Shown: positions 1 through 14,745, counted from the stretch's first letter. The stretch: DNA of 64,000 nt from an uncultured delta proteobacterium (GCA_963771175.1 CAVYSY010000047.1:32001-96000); one strand, 5' to 3'. Translations and numbers: made by a program. Notes: generated by a model not told the origin, from the sequence alone.

Positions 1-185
1 GCCGGGCGGACATCGTTCTCGGGCAGCCGGACTTCACCTCCGCCCTCACGCACGACCCAACCACCATCGGTGGCAACCCGAGCGAGCGCAGCCTCTATCA
101 GCCGGGCGGGGTGCTCCTGGCCTGGCCCCATCTGCTGGTGTCGGACAACAAGAACAACCGCGTCCTCGTGTTCAAGAGCCGTTGA
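1..185 (+). CDS. 3' end of an NHL-repeat (beta-propeller) protein, partial and frameshifted
   Basis: Reads ADIVLGQPDFTS near the start and VSDNKNNRVLVFKSR* at the end (TGA 183-185); both are typical NHL-repeat motifs. Confidence 0.6.
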   Translation, partial: RADIVLGQPDFTSALTHDPTTIGGNPSERSLYQPGGVLLAWPHLLVSDNKNNRVLVFKSR

Positions 186-459
186 GCCGTCCCTGCAGCT
201 CCGCCTGCCTGGCCGCGCCCCCCCGGGGGGCTGGCCTGGCGGGCGTGAGCCGCTGGCGTCTGGGAGGGAAGCACCTCGTACTGGGAGTGTGATCCGGTCC
301 GGGAGGTCGCCGACTATCCGATTTCCACCATCCATGTATGATTCCACTCATGGGTGGGGAACAGAGGATGGCGCGGGATTCCCGGTGGTCGGGGCTTCTC
401 TCGTTGAGTCCTCGCATTGCCCCTGGTTCGTGAACGCTTCGTAGGGGACGTCGCTGGAC

Positions 460-3466
<3,007 letters not shown>

Positions 3467-3470
<4 letters not shown>

Positions 3471-4681
3471 GAAGAGCCGTGAGAATGGTGATGAACAGGT
3501 CCAGGGTCGCCCTCACCGTGACGATGGCATTGCTGGCGCTGTGGGCGGAGCCAGCGGAGGCGCAGCGGTCGCGCGCCAAACAGCGGACGGGCACCGCGCA
3601 ACAGTCCGTCTCCAAGAAGAAGCCGCGCGGCAAGCAGCCTTCCACGGACGCGTCCAACCCCGAGCCCGTAGCCGCCACCCAGGAGGCCGCCCCTCAGCAG
3701 CCCGCCTCCACGCCCCCGCCCTCCTCCACTCAACAACGGATGGGCACGACGCTCGAGCCGGCGGGCAATCGCCCCTGGGCCCGGAACGTCACGAAGAATG
3801 ACCAGGAGGCCGCGTACGCGCTCTTCCAGGCGGGCAATACCCTCCTGAAGGAGTCCATCTTCCTCAAGGCCGTCGAGAACTACCGCAAGGCGCTCGCGCA
3901 CTGGAACCACCCCGCCATCCACTACAACCTGTCGCTGGCGCTGATGAACCTCGACCAACCCATCGAGGTCCACGAGCACCTGGTGGAGGCGATGCGCTAC
4001 GGCCCGGAGCCCCTGGAGCTCGAGAAGTTCGAGTACGCCCGCAACTACAAGACGCTCATGGAGAAGCAGCTCGCCCAGGTGGAGATCTCCTGTGACTCGC
4101 CCGGCGCCATCGTGACGATGGACGGCAAGACGCTGTTCGTGGCCCCCGGTCGCCACGAGGCGCTGGTGCGTCCCGGCGCGCACAGCATCCTCGCCACCCG
4201 CGAGGGCTACCTCCCCGCCGACATGAGCCGCACCATCCTCCCCGGCGAGACGACGAAGCTCGACCTGAAGCTGTACACCGAAGAAGACCTCATCCATTAC
4301 AAGCGGCGATGGTCGGCGGCGACGCCCTGGCTGGTGGTGGGCGCGGGCGTGGCCGTGGCCGCCGGCGGCGGCTTGCTCCACCTGCAGGCTCGCGACAACC
4401 TGGTTGCCTTCGACAGGGGCATCGACGAGCGCGGGGGCATCCAGCTCGCGCAGGTTCCGGACCTCCAGAGCACGCTGAACCGCGGCAACGCCTTCCAGAC
4501 CGTCGCCATTGGCGGATACGCCCTTGGCGGGGCCGCGCTGATCACCGGCGCGGTGCTCGTCTACCTCAACCAACCCCAACCCTACCGTGTCGACCCCAAC
4601 CAGAAGCAGGCGGAGGCGGTGACCATCGCCCCTCTCCTGGGTGACGGGACGCACGGTGCCCAGGCCCTTTTCCGTTTCTGA
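3467..4681 (+). CDS. Secreted TPR + PEGA domain protein with a C-terminal hydrophobic hairpin
   Basis: Signal peptide (LLALWAEPAEA); TPR-like helices; PEGA-like SPGAIVTMDGK...VRPGAHSILATREGY; two Gly-rich hydrophobic segments; terminal Phe (ALFRF); GTG start overlaps the kinase stop. Confidence 0.8.
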
Positions 4682-4689
4682 GGTGACCG

Positions 4690-7627
4690 ATGAGACGAGA
4701 GTTCCCCTTCCACCTCGGCCACATCGCCACGCTCGTACTGGCGCTCCTGGCCCTCCCCTCCTGCTTCGAGCCCGTCAGCGTGTTCTGCCCCTCGGGCCTG
4801 GTCTGCCCCGCGGGCCAGAAGTGCGCCACCAAGCAGGACGTCTGCCTCAAGACCGACTGCGGCGACGGCATCATCCAGGCGGGTGAGTCCTGCGACGACG
4901 GCAACATCGTCGATGGCGATGGCTGCAGCCTCGACTGCAAGTCGACGGAGATCTGCGGCAACAGCGTCGTGGACGTCGCCGCGGGTGAGAAGTGCGACGA
5001 CGGCAACACCCAGAACGGAGACAGGTGCAGCGCGGACTGCCGCTCCAATGAGGCGTGCGGCAACGGCATCTCGGACACGGCCATCGGCGAGAAGTGCGAC
5101 GACGCCAACAACACCAGCGGCGACGGCTGCAGCGCGGACTGCTTGTCGAGCGAGATCTGCGGCAACAGGTACGTGGACACGGTCAAGAACGAGAAGTGCG
5201 ACGACGGCAACAACGAGAGCGGTGACGGCTGCAGCGGTGACTGCCGCTCCGAGGAGATCTGCGGCAACGGCTACGTGGACGTGGCCAAGGGCGAGGCCTG
5301 CGACGACGGCAACAACGTCAGCGGCGATGGGTGCAGCGTCGACTGCAAGTCCAACGAGACGTGCGGCAATGGCATCAAGGACACCGCCGCCGGGGAGCTC
5401 TGCGACGACGGCAACAACGTGAGTGGCGACACGTGCAGCGCCGATTGCAAGTCGGGCGAGGGCTGCGGCAATGGCATCGTCGACTCGGCCAAGGGCGAGC
5501 AGTGCGACGACGGCAACACCAGCGACGAGGACGACTGCCTCAACACGTGCGTGTTCGGCATCTGCGGTGATGGGAAGACCGACCGCGTGGAGCCGCGCGT
5601 CGAGCAGTGCGACACCTCGGTAGAGACGAGCACCTGCAACAACAACTGCACGGTGCAGAAGTGCGGTGATGGCATCGTGAACTCCAAGGCCGGCGAGCAG
5701 TGCGACAATGTCGGCCCCACGAACAGCGCCACCTGCGACAGCAACTGCACCATCGCCTACTGCGGCGACAGCTTCACCAACCCCCTGAACAGCGAGGTCT
5801 GTGACACGGGAGGCAACTCCACGACGTGCGACTCCGACTGCTCGCCGGCCGCCTGCGGCGATACCTTCCTCAACACGGCGGCGGGTGAGCAGTGCGACAC
5901 CGGTGGCGCGGAGACCTCGCTCTGCGACAGCAACTGCACGCTGGCCGCCTGCGGTGACAGCCACACCAACACGTCGGCGGGCGAGCAGTGCGATGACGGC
6001 AACGCCGGCAACGACGACGACTGCCTCACCAGTTGCAAACCCAACGTCTGTGGCGACGGACTGCGCAACACCCTGGGGCCGGCTCGCATCGAGGCCTGCG
6101 ACGACGGCAACACCACCACCGAGTCCGCGTGCCCCTATGGCACCCCCACCTGCTCCGCCTGCAACTCCATCTGCTCGGCCTCCCTGAGCCTGACGGGCAA
6201 CTACTGCGGCGACACCAAGGTCACGAACGCCGAGACGTGCGATGACGGCAACACCACCACCGAGTCCGCGTGTCCCTACGGCACGCCCACCTGCTCCGCT
6301 TGCGACGCGGCCTGCTCGGCGAACCTCAGCCTCACGGGCAATTACTGCGGCGACACCAAGGTCACGGACGTCGAGGCGTGCGACGACGGCAACACCACCA
6401 CCGAGTCCGCGTGCCCCTACGGCACGGCCACCTGCACCCCCTGCAACTCCACCTGCTCCGCCACCCTGAGCCTCACAGGCAACTACTGCGGCGACACCAA
6501 GGTCACGAACGCCGAGACGTGCGACGACGGGAACGCCGTCGACGAGGCCTCCTGCCCCTACGGCACGGCCACCTGCACCTTCTGCAACTCCACCTGCACC
6601 GCCAACCTGAGCCGCACGGGCAATTACTGCGGCGACACCAAGGTCACCGACGGCGAGACGTGCGACGACGGCAACACCACCACCGAGTCCGCGTGCCCTT
6701 ACGGCATGGCCACCTGCACCCTCTGCAACTCCACCTGCTCCGCCACCCTGAGCCTCACGGGCAGCTACTGCGGCGACAGCATCGTCAGCGATGGTGAGGT
6801 CTGTGACGAGGGCGACACGGTCGACGAGACCTCGTGCCCCTACGGCACGGCCAGCTGCACCCCCTGCAACAAGACGTGTACGGGCAGGCTCAACCTCACG
6901 GGTAACTACTGCGGCGACACCAAGGTCACCGATGGCGAGACGTGCGACGACGGGAACACCATCGACGAGGCCTTCTGCCCCTACGGCACGGCCACCTGCT
7001 CCCCCTGCAACTCCACCTGCTCCGCCACCCTGAGCCGCACGGGCGCCACCTGTGGCGACAAGGTCGTCAACGGCCCCGAGGCGTGCGACGACGGCAACAC
7101 CAACGCCTGCGGCACCTGCAACAACACGTGCATGGCGTCCCAGCTCTCGGCGGCCAGCGGTACCCTCACCTACGAGGCCAGCTCGTACAGCAGTTCCCTC
7201 AACGATCGCGAAACCTTCATGATCAGTGACGGCATCAACCCGCCCGTCACCTTCGAGTTCGACAAGAATGGGAGCTACGACAGTGCGCGGGTTCGCGTGA
7301 ATGTGGCGAACATTCTCGGGCAACCCGCTCTCGGCGAGCCAGGTGGCCACGGCCATCACGGATGCCATCAATGGCTCGGCATTCACCTTGAACATCACAG
7401 CGGTGGCCAATGCGAACATCGTGCAGCTCACGAACAACCAAGCGGGTTCGTTCGGCAACCAGGCCATCACCGAATCGGTCAACACCAGCCGCTTCACCGT
7501 GAGCGGGATGAGCGGTGGCGCTGGCTTCGACTGCTCGAGCGGCACCGGGTGCACGCGAAACGAGGACTGCGCTCCCGACCTGGTGTGCCTGGCCGACAAC
7601 ACCTGCGGAGTCGCCCCTCCTCCGTAA
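4690..7627 (+). CDS. Large Cys-rich repeat lipoprotein (Myxococcus cysteine-rich repeat/DUF4215), frameshift near 7310
   Basis: Lipobox-like LALPSC; many CGNG..E.CDDGN..SGDGCS..C repeats; the C-terminus continues in another frame to TAA 7625-7627. Confidence 0.88.
4954..5565 (+). repeat. Intragenic tandem repeat, 102-bp (34-aa) unit, about 6 copies
   Basis: TGCGGCAA recurs at 4954, 5056, 5158, 5260, 5362 and 5464. Confidence 0.85.
6097..7083 (+). repeat. Intragenic tandem repeat, 141-bp (47-aa) unit, 7 copies
   Basis: The unit [47 protein letters not shown] starts at 6097, 6238, 6379, 6520, 6661, 6802 and 6943. Confidence 0.92.
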
Positions 7628-7759
7628 GACGTAGCCAAGGCTGAGAGGCCGCCGGCACGACCTGACGCCTCCCCCGCGGGAGCCTCTGGCCGTTGCCGGC
7701 GGTGTCGTTTCCACCTTCACTCCCAGGATGGGCGCGCGCTTCGGATAGAGTCCGCGCCC

Positions 7760-8581
7760 ATGTCATTCCAGCGAATCTGGAAGGTGGGCCTCTGCCTCCC
7801 CCTCCTCTCCGTCGGGGTGTTCCATCCCCGGGTGGCTCGGGCCGAGTCCCCCGCCCGGCAAGCCAACGAACTGCAGACGTACCTCCAGGCCGCGCTCCGG
7901 CTGTACGAGAGCCTGGATTACGAACAGGCCCTGGAGAAGCTCGCGCGCGCCAAGGGCTACGTGCGCGACCTGGAGGACGACGCCCTCCTCTCCTTCCATG
8001 AAGGCATCATCCTCTCGGAGCTGAACCGCTGGGAGCAGGCCAAGGCTGCCTTCCGTGCGGGTCTGCTGTTGAAGCCGGAGGCACGGCTTCCGCTGAAGGT
8101 ATCGCCCAAGGTGGAGAAGGAGTTCGAGGTGGTACGCGCCGAGGTGCAGCGGGAGCTGGCCGCGCAGCAGGCCAGACAGGGGCCAGAGGCCCGTCGCCCC
8201 TCGCTGGAACCCACCGTCTCCACTCCCGGCCTCACGGCGACCTCCATGTCGCGCCCCCGGGTGCTCTCCTATGCCCTGATGGGCGGCGGGGTGGCGATGA
8301 CCGGAGCCGGCGTCTACCTGGGCCTGTCCAGCCTCTCCTTCAACGCCCGGAAGCGGGAGATGACGATTGACGAGGCCGTGGGGGCTCGGGCCACGGCCGG
8401 GACCCAACTGACGGTGGGCTCGGTGCTGCTGGGAGCGGGGCTGGCGGCGCTCGGTACCGGCACGGTGCTGCTGCACCTGTCGGAGGGCGGCACTGGAACC
8501 GCCGCTACCGACTCGAAGACCCTTCTGGTCCTGGTCCCCCAGCCCGGCGGCATCGCCCTGGGCTCGGCGGGGAGTTTCTAG
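7760..8581 (+). CDS. Secreted TPR protein with a C-terminal hydrophobic hairpin
   Basis: Signal peptide (ARA); TPR-like AALRLYESLDYEQAL and LPLKVSPK motif; two Gly-rich hydrophobic segments; ends LVPQPGGIALGSAGSF. Confidence 0.75.
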   Translation: MSFQRIWKVGLCLPLLSVGVFHPRVARAESPARQANELQTYLQAALRLYESLDYEQALEKLARAKGYVRDLEDDALLSFHEGIILSELNRWEQAKAAFRAGLLLKPEARLPLKVSPKVEKEFEVVRAEVQRELAAQQARQGPEARRPSLEPTVSTPGLTATSMSRPRVLSYALMGGGVAMTGAGVYLGLSSLSFNARKREMTIDEAVGARATAGTQLTVGSVLLGAGLAALGTGTVLLHLSEGGTGTAATDSKTLLVLVPQPGGIALGSAGSF

Positions 8582-8604
8582 CTCTGGCTCCGCTCGAGGA
8601 AGAA

Positions 8605-9897
8605 ATGCGTGCTTGGCTGTTTCGCTGTTGGGGGTTGTGTCTCGTCGTACTGGCGGGCTGTAGCGGGCTGCTGACGGATTACGAGGGCACGCTCTGCAAT
8701 CCGGGGGGCGGCTGTATCGAGGGCTACCACTGCGTGGAGCAGACTGGGCGCTGTGAGCCCGACACGGAGAAAGAGTCCGTGTGCGGCAACGCCACCGTCG
8801 AATTCGCGGGGGGTGAGAAGTGCGACGACGGCAACACGCACTCGGGCGATGGCTGCAGCGCTGACTGCCTGTCCAACGAGCTGTGCGGCAACGGCATCGT
8901 GGACCGGACCGTGGGCGAGGTGTGTGACGACAGGAACACGCGCTCGGGCGACGGCTGCAGCGCCGACTGCCTGTCCACAGAGTTCTGCGGCAACGGCTAT
9001 CTGGACTTCAACAAGGGCGAGCAGTGCGACGACGGCAACGCCGAGAGCGGTGACGGCTGCAGCGGCGACTGCAAGTCCAACGAGACGTGCGGCAACCGCA
9101 TCGTGGACACGGCCAAGGGCGAGGTCTGCGACGATGGCGGCCCCACGAGCGGCGACGGCTGCAGCTCCGACTGCAGGTCCAACGAGACGTGCGGCAACGG
9201 AGTCAAGGACACGGCCAAGGGCGAGGTCTGCGACGACGGCAATACCGTGAGCGGCGACGCCTGCAACTCCGACTGCAAGGGGGGCGCGGGCTGCGGCAAC
9301 GGCGTGCTCGACCCCGGGGAGCAGTGCGACACGGGAGGCCCCCCCTCCGCCACCTGTGACAGCGACTGCACCATCGCCTATTGCGGCGACGGCAGGGTCA
9401 ACACCCCGAGGGGCGAGCAGTGCGACACGGGAGGCAACTCCAAGACCTGTAACGCCGACTGCACCATCGCCTCCTGCGGCGACAGCAGGGTCAACACCGC
9501 GGCGGGCGAGTTCTGTGACGATGGCAACACCGCCAACGAGACCTCGTGCCCCTATGGCACCCGCGAGTGCGCCCGGTGCAACTCCTCCTGCTCGGCGGGA
9601 CTGAACCTCACGGGCCGCTACTGCGGTGACAACATCGCCACGGACAACGAGGCCTGCGACGATGGAAACACCGTCACCGAGACCACGTGCCCCTATGGCA
9701 CCGCCAATTGCGTCACGTGCAACTCCTCCTGCTCGGCGGCACTGTCCCTCACGGGCCGCTACTGCGGCGACGGCAACACCACGGACGCCGAGGCGTGCGA
9801 CGACGGGAACACCGTCACCGAGACCGCGTGCCCCATGGGCGTGCCGAGCTGCACCGTCTGCAACGCGAGCTGCTCCGCCACGGTGAGCCTCCCCTGA
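8605..9897 (+). CDS. Cys-rich repeat lipoprotein (DUF4215), shorter paralog of 4690..7627
   Basis: Lipobox VLAGC; the same 34-aa and 47-aa repeat classes. Confidence 0.88.
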   Translation: MRAWLFRCWGLCLVVLAGCSGLLTDYEGTLCNPGGGCIEGYHCVEQTGRCEPDTEKESVCGNATVEFAGGEKCDDGNTHSGDGCSADCLSNELCGNGIVDRTVGEVCDDRNTRSGDGCSADCLSTEFCGNGYLDFNKGEQCDDGNAESGDGCSGDCKSNETCGNRIVDTAKGEVCDDGGPTSGDGCSSDCRSNETCGNGVKDTAKGEVCDDGNTVSGDACNSDCKGGAGCGNGVLDPGEQCDTGGPPSATCDSDCTIAYCGDGRVNTPRGEQCDTGGNSKTCNADCTIASCGDSRVNTAAGEFCDDGNTANETSCPYGTRECARCNSSCSAGLNLTGRYCGDNIATDNEACDDGNTVTETTCPYGTANCVTCNSSCSAALSLTGRYCGDGNTTDAEACDDGNTVTETACPMGVPSCTVCNASCSATVSLP

Positions 9898-9900
9898 CGG

Positions 9901-9950
9901 AAAAGACGAAGGCCCCCGGAGCGCGTGTCCCCGGAGGCCTTCTTCACTTC
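9901..9950. terminator. Probable bidirectional intrinsic terminator
   Basis: GAAGGCC-CCCGG...CCGG-AGGCCTTC inverted repeat between convergent genes, with an A-run on one side and a T-rich tail on the other. Confidence 0.6.
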
Positions 9951-9972
9951 AGCTCGGCGTTACGTCAGGGCC

Positions 9973-12225
9973 TCACTGGGCCTTGAGGTCCACACCGGCG
10001 TACGCGGAGTAGCCGCGGAGCATGATGTGGTAGGTGCCCGTGGACGGAGCCGTCAGCGTGCACGTCTCCGAGTTGCCGCTCTTGTAGGGACGGCAGTCGT
10101 ACGAGGTGGTGGTCGGCTGCGTGCCGAACTTCACGTACAGGTCCACGTCGCCCGTGCTGCCCGCCGCGTTCGGGGTGATGGTGATGGACACCGACTGGCC
10201 CGCCGTGGCGTTGTAGGTCCAGTACTGGGTCGAACCAGAAGCACCCGAGATGTTGCTCACGGACAGCGGAGTGCTACCACCCGAGCCCGCCGTGTACGCG
10301 CCCTTCAGGCTCATGCCCGAGGTAGCCGTGTAGCCGTAGATCTTCACGTACCAGGTGCCGGCGCTCGGGGCGGCGAAGGAGCAGCTCTCCGTGTTACCGC
10401 TGAGGTACGGACGGCAGTCATACGCGGTGCTGGTCGGCGCGGCGCCGAACTTCACGTACATGTCGCCGTCACCCGTGCCACCGCTCAGGTCGAACTTCAG
10501 GTTGGTGGAGCCCGCGGGCACGTTCAGCGTGTAGGTGCAGCTCCAGGTAGCCGAGGCCACGGAGATGTTGGACACCGTCCCACCGTTGGTGAGCGCCACC
10601 GGCGACGAGCAGCTCGGCGGCGGAGTGGTGCCGCCGCCCACGCCCACGGCCTCCCAGGTCTTGGTCACAGCGACCTGCTCAGCCGAGCCTGCGCCGTAGA
10701 GCGTGCCAGCGGCCTGCTCCGTGTAGGTCTTCGCCTGGGCGAAGGTGGTGGAGGACGTGAAGAGGTCCACGTTGGCCTTGTAGAAGATGGCACCGGCCTT
10801 CTGCACGCCGAGGCTCGGCACGCTCACGGTCGTCTTGGAGCGCGGGTGCGTGCCGCCCGTGGACAGCAGCTTGAACGCCAGGTTGGCGATGCCCGAGTTC
10901 CAGTGCACGCCGCCGTTGTCGGAGGCGCCCGTGTAGCGCTCGGGGTAGTAGTCCTTCGACGAGCCGTCCTGCGTCGGGTTGCCCATGTAGCGCAGGGCGT
11001 CACCCGCGGTGTTCGGCGTCCACACGTCGTCGCCGATCATCCACACCGCCGAGTCCATCGCCCAGCTCTTCGTCCAGCTCTCGCAGTAGGCGGAGAAGAT
11101 GTCGCTCATGCCCTCGTTGAGCGCGCCGGACTCGTTGGCGTAGGTGAGGTTGGACTCGGAGCTGGTCACCGCGTGCGTCAGCTCGTGCACCGTCACGTCC
11201 AGCGACTTGCCCAGCGGCGCGGACTGCACGCCATCGCTGTCGCCGTACACCATCTGGCTGCCGTTCCAGAAGGCGTTGGTGTAGCTGCTGCTGTAGTGCA
11301 CCGTGCTCTTCAGCTGCGCGCCCGCGTTGTTGTACGAGTTGCGGCCGAAGTTGGTGGAGTAGCAATTGTAGGTGGTGCCCAGGTGGTCGTAGTTCATGTC
11401 CACGTGGGTGTCACCGGTGGCCGCGCCGCCCTCGGAGCGCTTGAGCGAGCCGGGCAGGCTGCTGCCGTTGTTGGCCGAGTACACCGCGCGGTTGAGCACC
11501 GTGTGGATGTCGGTGGCGCGGCCGAGCACGGCGCCGTCGCGGGCGCTCACGAACACGTGGTCACGGATGGGCAGCGCGGCGCCCTCGCCCGCCACCACCA
11601 CCTCGTAGGCCAGCTTCAGGCGGTTGTCGCCCTCGGTGCGGTAATAGACGAGCTTCGCGCCCTCGGCGGACAGGCCCGTGCCCTCGGTGGCGCGCAGGGC
11701 CGCCTGCGTGGCCGCCTCGGGGGAGAGACGCGCCTGGGCCGACACGCTCTCGCCGTCGCGGGCCGAGCCGTTGGCGGCGTAGATGCGGCCGTCCTGGTCC
11801 ACGTGGACGATGAGCTCCTGGCCCACCACCTCCAGACCGTTCTTCGTCTGGGCATAACGGAGGTGGGTGTGACCCTGCTCATCCACGGTGGTGCGCAGCA
11901 CCACCAGGTCCGCCGCCTGGAGACGGAAGATGGGAGCAATCCGGTTGAGCGCCTCGCCCACGCGGGCGTGCGCGTCGCGGGCCGCGAAGCCACGCAGCGA
12001 CTGGCCGGTGGAGCCGAAGTCACCGCGCACGAAGTAGGGCACCTCGTCCGCGTGCTTGCCGAGGACCTCGGAGCCGGGAATGGCACTCAGAGCGGCCTTC
12101 ACATCGGAAGTGGACAGGGTGCCGATGTCGGCACTCTCCGTCAGCGCCTCGTTCGAGCCCTCCACACCACACGCCGCCAGGGGCAGGGCAAGGAGAGCAG
12201 CAGCCAGGAAACGATTGCGGACCAA
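9973..12225 (-). CDS. M4 (thermolysin-family) metalloprotease with propeptide and two PPC domains, lipoprotein
   Basis: NAFWNG, HELTH, GALNEGMSD, DNGGVHWNSG; two GDxDxYVKFG..P....YDCRPY PPC repeats; lipobox LAAC; TTG start at 12225 with AGGAGG 5 nt upstream. Confidence 0.93.
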   Translation of the reverse strand: MVRNRFLAAALLALPLAACGVEGSNEALTESADIGTLSTSDVKAALSAIPGSEVLGKHADEVPYFVRGDFGSTGQSLRGFAARDAHARVGEALNRIAPIFRLQAADLVVLRTTVDEQGHTHLRYAQTKNGLEVVGQELIVHVDQDGRIYAANGSARDGESVSAQARLSPEAATQAALRATEGTGLSAEGAKLVYYRTEGDNRLKLAYEVVVAGEGAALPIRDHVFVSARDGAVLGRATDIHTVLNRAVYSANNGSSLPGSLKRSEGGAATGDTHVDMNYDHLGTTYNCYSTNFGRNSYNNAGAQLKSTVHYSSSYTNAFWNGSQMVYGDSDGVQSAPLGKSLDVTVHELTHAVTSSESNLTYANESGALNEGMSDIFSAYCESWTKSWAMDSAVWMIGDDVWTPNTAGDALRYMGNPTQDGSSKDYYPERYTGASDNGGVHWNSGIANLAFKLLSTGGTHPRSKTTVSVPSLGVQKAGAIFYKANVDLFTSSTTFAQAKTYTEQAAGTLYGAGSAEQVAVTKTWEAVGVGGGTTPPPSCSSPVALTNGGTVSNISVASATWSCTYTLNVPAGSTNLKFDLSGGTGDGDMYVKFGAAPTSTAYDCRPYLSGNTESCSFAAPSAGTWYVKIYGYTATSGMSLKGAYTAGSGGSTPLSVSNISGASGSTQYWTYNATAGQSVSITITPNAAGSTGDVDLYVKFGTQPTTTSYDCRPYKSGNSETCTLTAPSTGTYHIMLRGYSAYAGVDLKAQ

Positions 12226-12751
12226 GGGGACCTCCTGCTGGCCGGTGACGAGGATGCCACCGCAGCCGGGGGGTGCTTTCAGCAGGATGCATGCCGTTCC
12301 ATGAAGGCACGACCTCCCTCGGAGCCCGTCTTTACAGGGAGTGCGAGTGGAGCATGGGTGTCCCACGCCCCGGCGGCCCGATGTATGTAAACCTTACAAG
12401 AACGGTGCCACGGGCCTGAAAAGACAAGAGTTTCTGACTCTCGTGCTGGCTGTCCTGAATGAATACACCCCAGGCTGGGAGGTGGTTCATTTCAACACAA
12501 ACAACCACTCAGGCGCTCGCATGCCCGTCTGGCCAATGCACGACCTGCACCACTATTCCCAGATTATCACATCTCGCGCGTGCATCGAAGCCCCCCAAGC
12601 CGCTCCGGCGCGTTGGAGAAGGCACACTGCGGCCAGGAGAGCGAGGGCCCAACCTCCCGATTCATTTGACTTTGCTCCTTCTGCGGAAGAATGGATGCGG
12701 CGCGTCGGCGGTATGCTGGGGCGTTCCCTCACCTCACTTCACCAGGTCTCC

Positions 12752-13472
12752 ATGACGTCATTCTTCCTCCTGGCCCAGATGGGCAACGAGCATGTCGGTT
12801 GGCTCAGCCACAAGCTGCTCAGCGTGACGCTCTCCAGCGCCGAGTGGGTGCTGTGGCTGCTCGTCGTGCTCTCCGTCGCTCTCGATCGCGGTGATGCTGG
12901 AGCGGGCCGTCTACTTCGCCACGCACCGGCTGCCGAACTCCGAGGAGCTGGCGCTGCAGCTGGCGCGCGGCGAGTTCGACGGCGGTGACGAAGGCGCCGT
13001 GGGCGACCACAAGGGCATGGAGGCCGCGGTGATCCGCGAGGCGCTCGCCGCGGTCGCGCAGGGCCCGGACTCGGTGGAGGAGGTCATCGCCTCCACGGTG
13101 GCGCGCGAGCGCCCGCAGTACGAGCGCTTCCTCTCCTTCCTGGGCACGCTGGGCAACAACGCCCCCTTCATCGGCCTGTTCGGCACGGTGCTCGGCATCA
13201 TCAAGGCCTTCCACGACCTGGGCGCAGGTGGGCGCCAAGGGCGCGGCCGTCCAGCAGACGGTGATGGCGGGCATCTCCGAGGCGCTGGTGGCCACGGCGG
13301 TGGGCCTCGCGGTGGCCATCCCCGCGGTGGTGGCCTTCAACGTCTTCAACCGCCAGCTCAAGACGCTCACCGCGCGCACCAACGCGCTGGGCCACGCGCT
13401 GGTGGCGCCTGCGCCCAGGCCACGCGCGGCGAGTCCGGTCCGCGCGCCGTGGCAGCCGGGGAGGCTCGCTAG
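12752..13472 (+). CDS. exbB: MotA/TolQ/ExbB proton channel protein (frameshifted)
   Basis: [21 protein letters not shown] and [24 protein letters not shown]. Confidence 0.85.
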
Positions 13473-13474
13473 CC

Positions 13475-13917
13475 ATGGCCGGCGGCGCGCAGGACGAAGC
13501 GACGAGGAGATCACCGGCATCAACGTCACCCCGCTGGTGGACATCGTGCTGGTGCTGCTCATCATCTTCATGGTGACGGCGAACTTCATCGTGCGCGAGA
13601 CGGTGGAGGTCGACCTGCCCCGCGCGGCCAACGGCGGCGAGACGGTGCAGGGCCTGGTCAACGTGGTGCTGGACAAGGACGGGCAAGCTCTTCTTCGACG
13701 GCGCCGAGGTGACGCGAGGACGAGCTGCAGGCGCAAGGTGGTCGAGGCGCTGGAGAAGGACAAGGACACGCGCGCCATCATCAGCGCCGACCAGACGCTG
13801 AACTACGGCACAGGTGATGCACCTCATCGACGTGGTGAAGGGCCAGGGCATCGCCAAGTTCGCGCTCAACATCCAGAAGGACGCGGCGCCCGCGGCTGCG
13901 CCCGCGGCCGCGCCTGA
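13475..13917 (+). CDS. exbD: ExbD/TolR biopolymer transport protein (frameshifted, end approximate)
   Basis: INVTPLVDIVLVLLIIFMVT, VDLP, AIISADQ. Confidence 0.85.
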
Positions 13918-13934
13918 ACGGGCGCCTCAAGGCC

Positions 13935-14745
13935 ATGAGCCAGGCCGCGCTCGACGAGGCCCGCTGTCCAGTCCCGCCGCGACGCGCTCGTCGCTGGCGG
14001 TGCTGCTGTTCCTGCTCGTGTCCCTCGGGGTGCACGGCGTGGGCTTCGTCCTGCTCTCGCGCATGCAGGAGCGCACGCCCGCGCCATGGTGCAGCGCCCG
14101 GTGGAGCTGGTGATGGTGGAGGTGCAGAAGCCGCCCCCGCCGCCGCCTCCGCCGAAGGAGGAGCCCAAGCCCGAGCCGCCTCCAAGCCGAAGGTGGCCCC
14201 GCAAGCCGCCGCCGGTGAAGGTGGCCAGGCGGAGAAGCCGCCTCCGCCGCCGCCGGACGACGCGCCGCCGCCGCCCAACGACACGCCTCCGCCCGAGCCG
14301 CCCTCGAAGCCGGTGCCGCTGGTGGTGGGCATCTCCATGTCCTCCACCACGAGCGCGGGCGGTTTCGCCGCGCCGGTGGGCAACACCGTCTACGGCAAGA
14401 CCGCGGACAAGGCGACGGACCCCAAGGAGGTGAAGGCCTACTCGGCGCCCAAGTACATGCCGGTGTACCAGGTGGACTCCGAGCCTCGGGTGGCCGGCGG
14501 AGGTGAAGATTCCCTACCCCGACGAGGCCCGGCGCGCGGGCATCGAGGGCCCGGTGGTGCTCTCCATCACCGTCGACAACGAGGGCCGCGTGGTGAAGGC
14601 CGTCAAGGTCATCACCGGCCCCGGCTACGGGCTCAACGAGGCGGCGCGCGACGCCCTGCTGCGCTTCCGCTTCAAGCCGGCCATCAAGAACGGCGAGGCC
14701 GTCTCCACGGAGATGAAGTACACGTACACGTTCCTCCTGGATTGA
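13935..14745 (+). CDS. tonB: TonB-family energy transducer (frameshifted)
   Basis: N-terminal TM with SLGVH; Pro-rich linker; C-terminal YPDEARRAGIEGPVVLSITVDNEGRV...FKPA. Confidence 0.82.

Noticed and set aside
6097..7083. Regular repeats as a CRISPR array
   Set aside because: They are contiguous 141-bp in-frame coding units with no unique spacers, and no cas genes are present.
4582..7638. 1018-aa minus-strand ORF and other long antisense ORFs (for example 9925..12390, 23487..25736, 32805..36386, 55647..57602)
   Set aside because: These are shadows of high-GC3 genes on the opposite strand, with no motifs and biased composition.
12380..12750. Cobalamin riboswitch or Fur box upstream of exbB
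   Set aside because: No B12-box or convincing Fur palindrome was found by eye.
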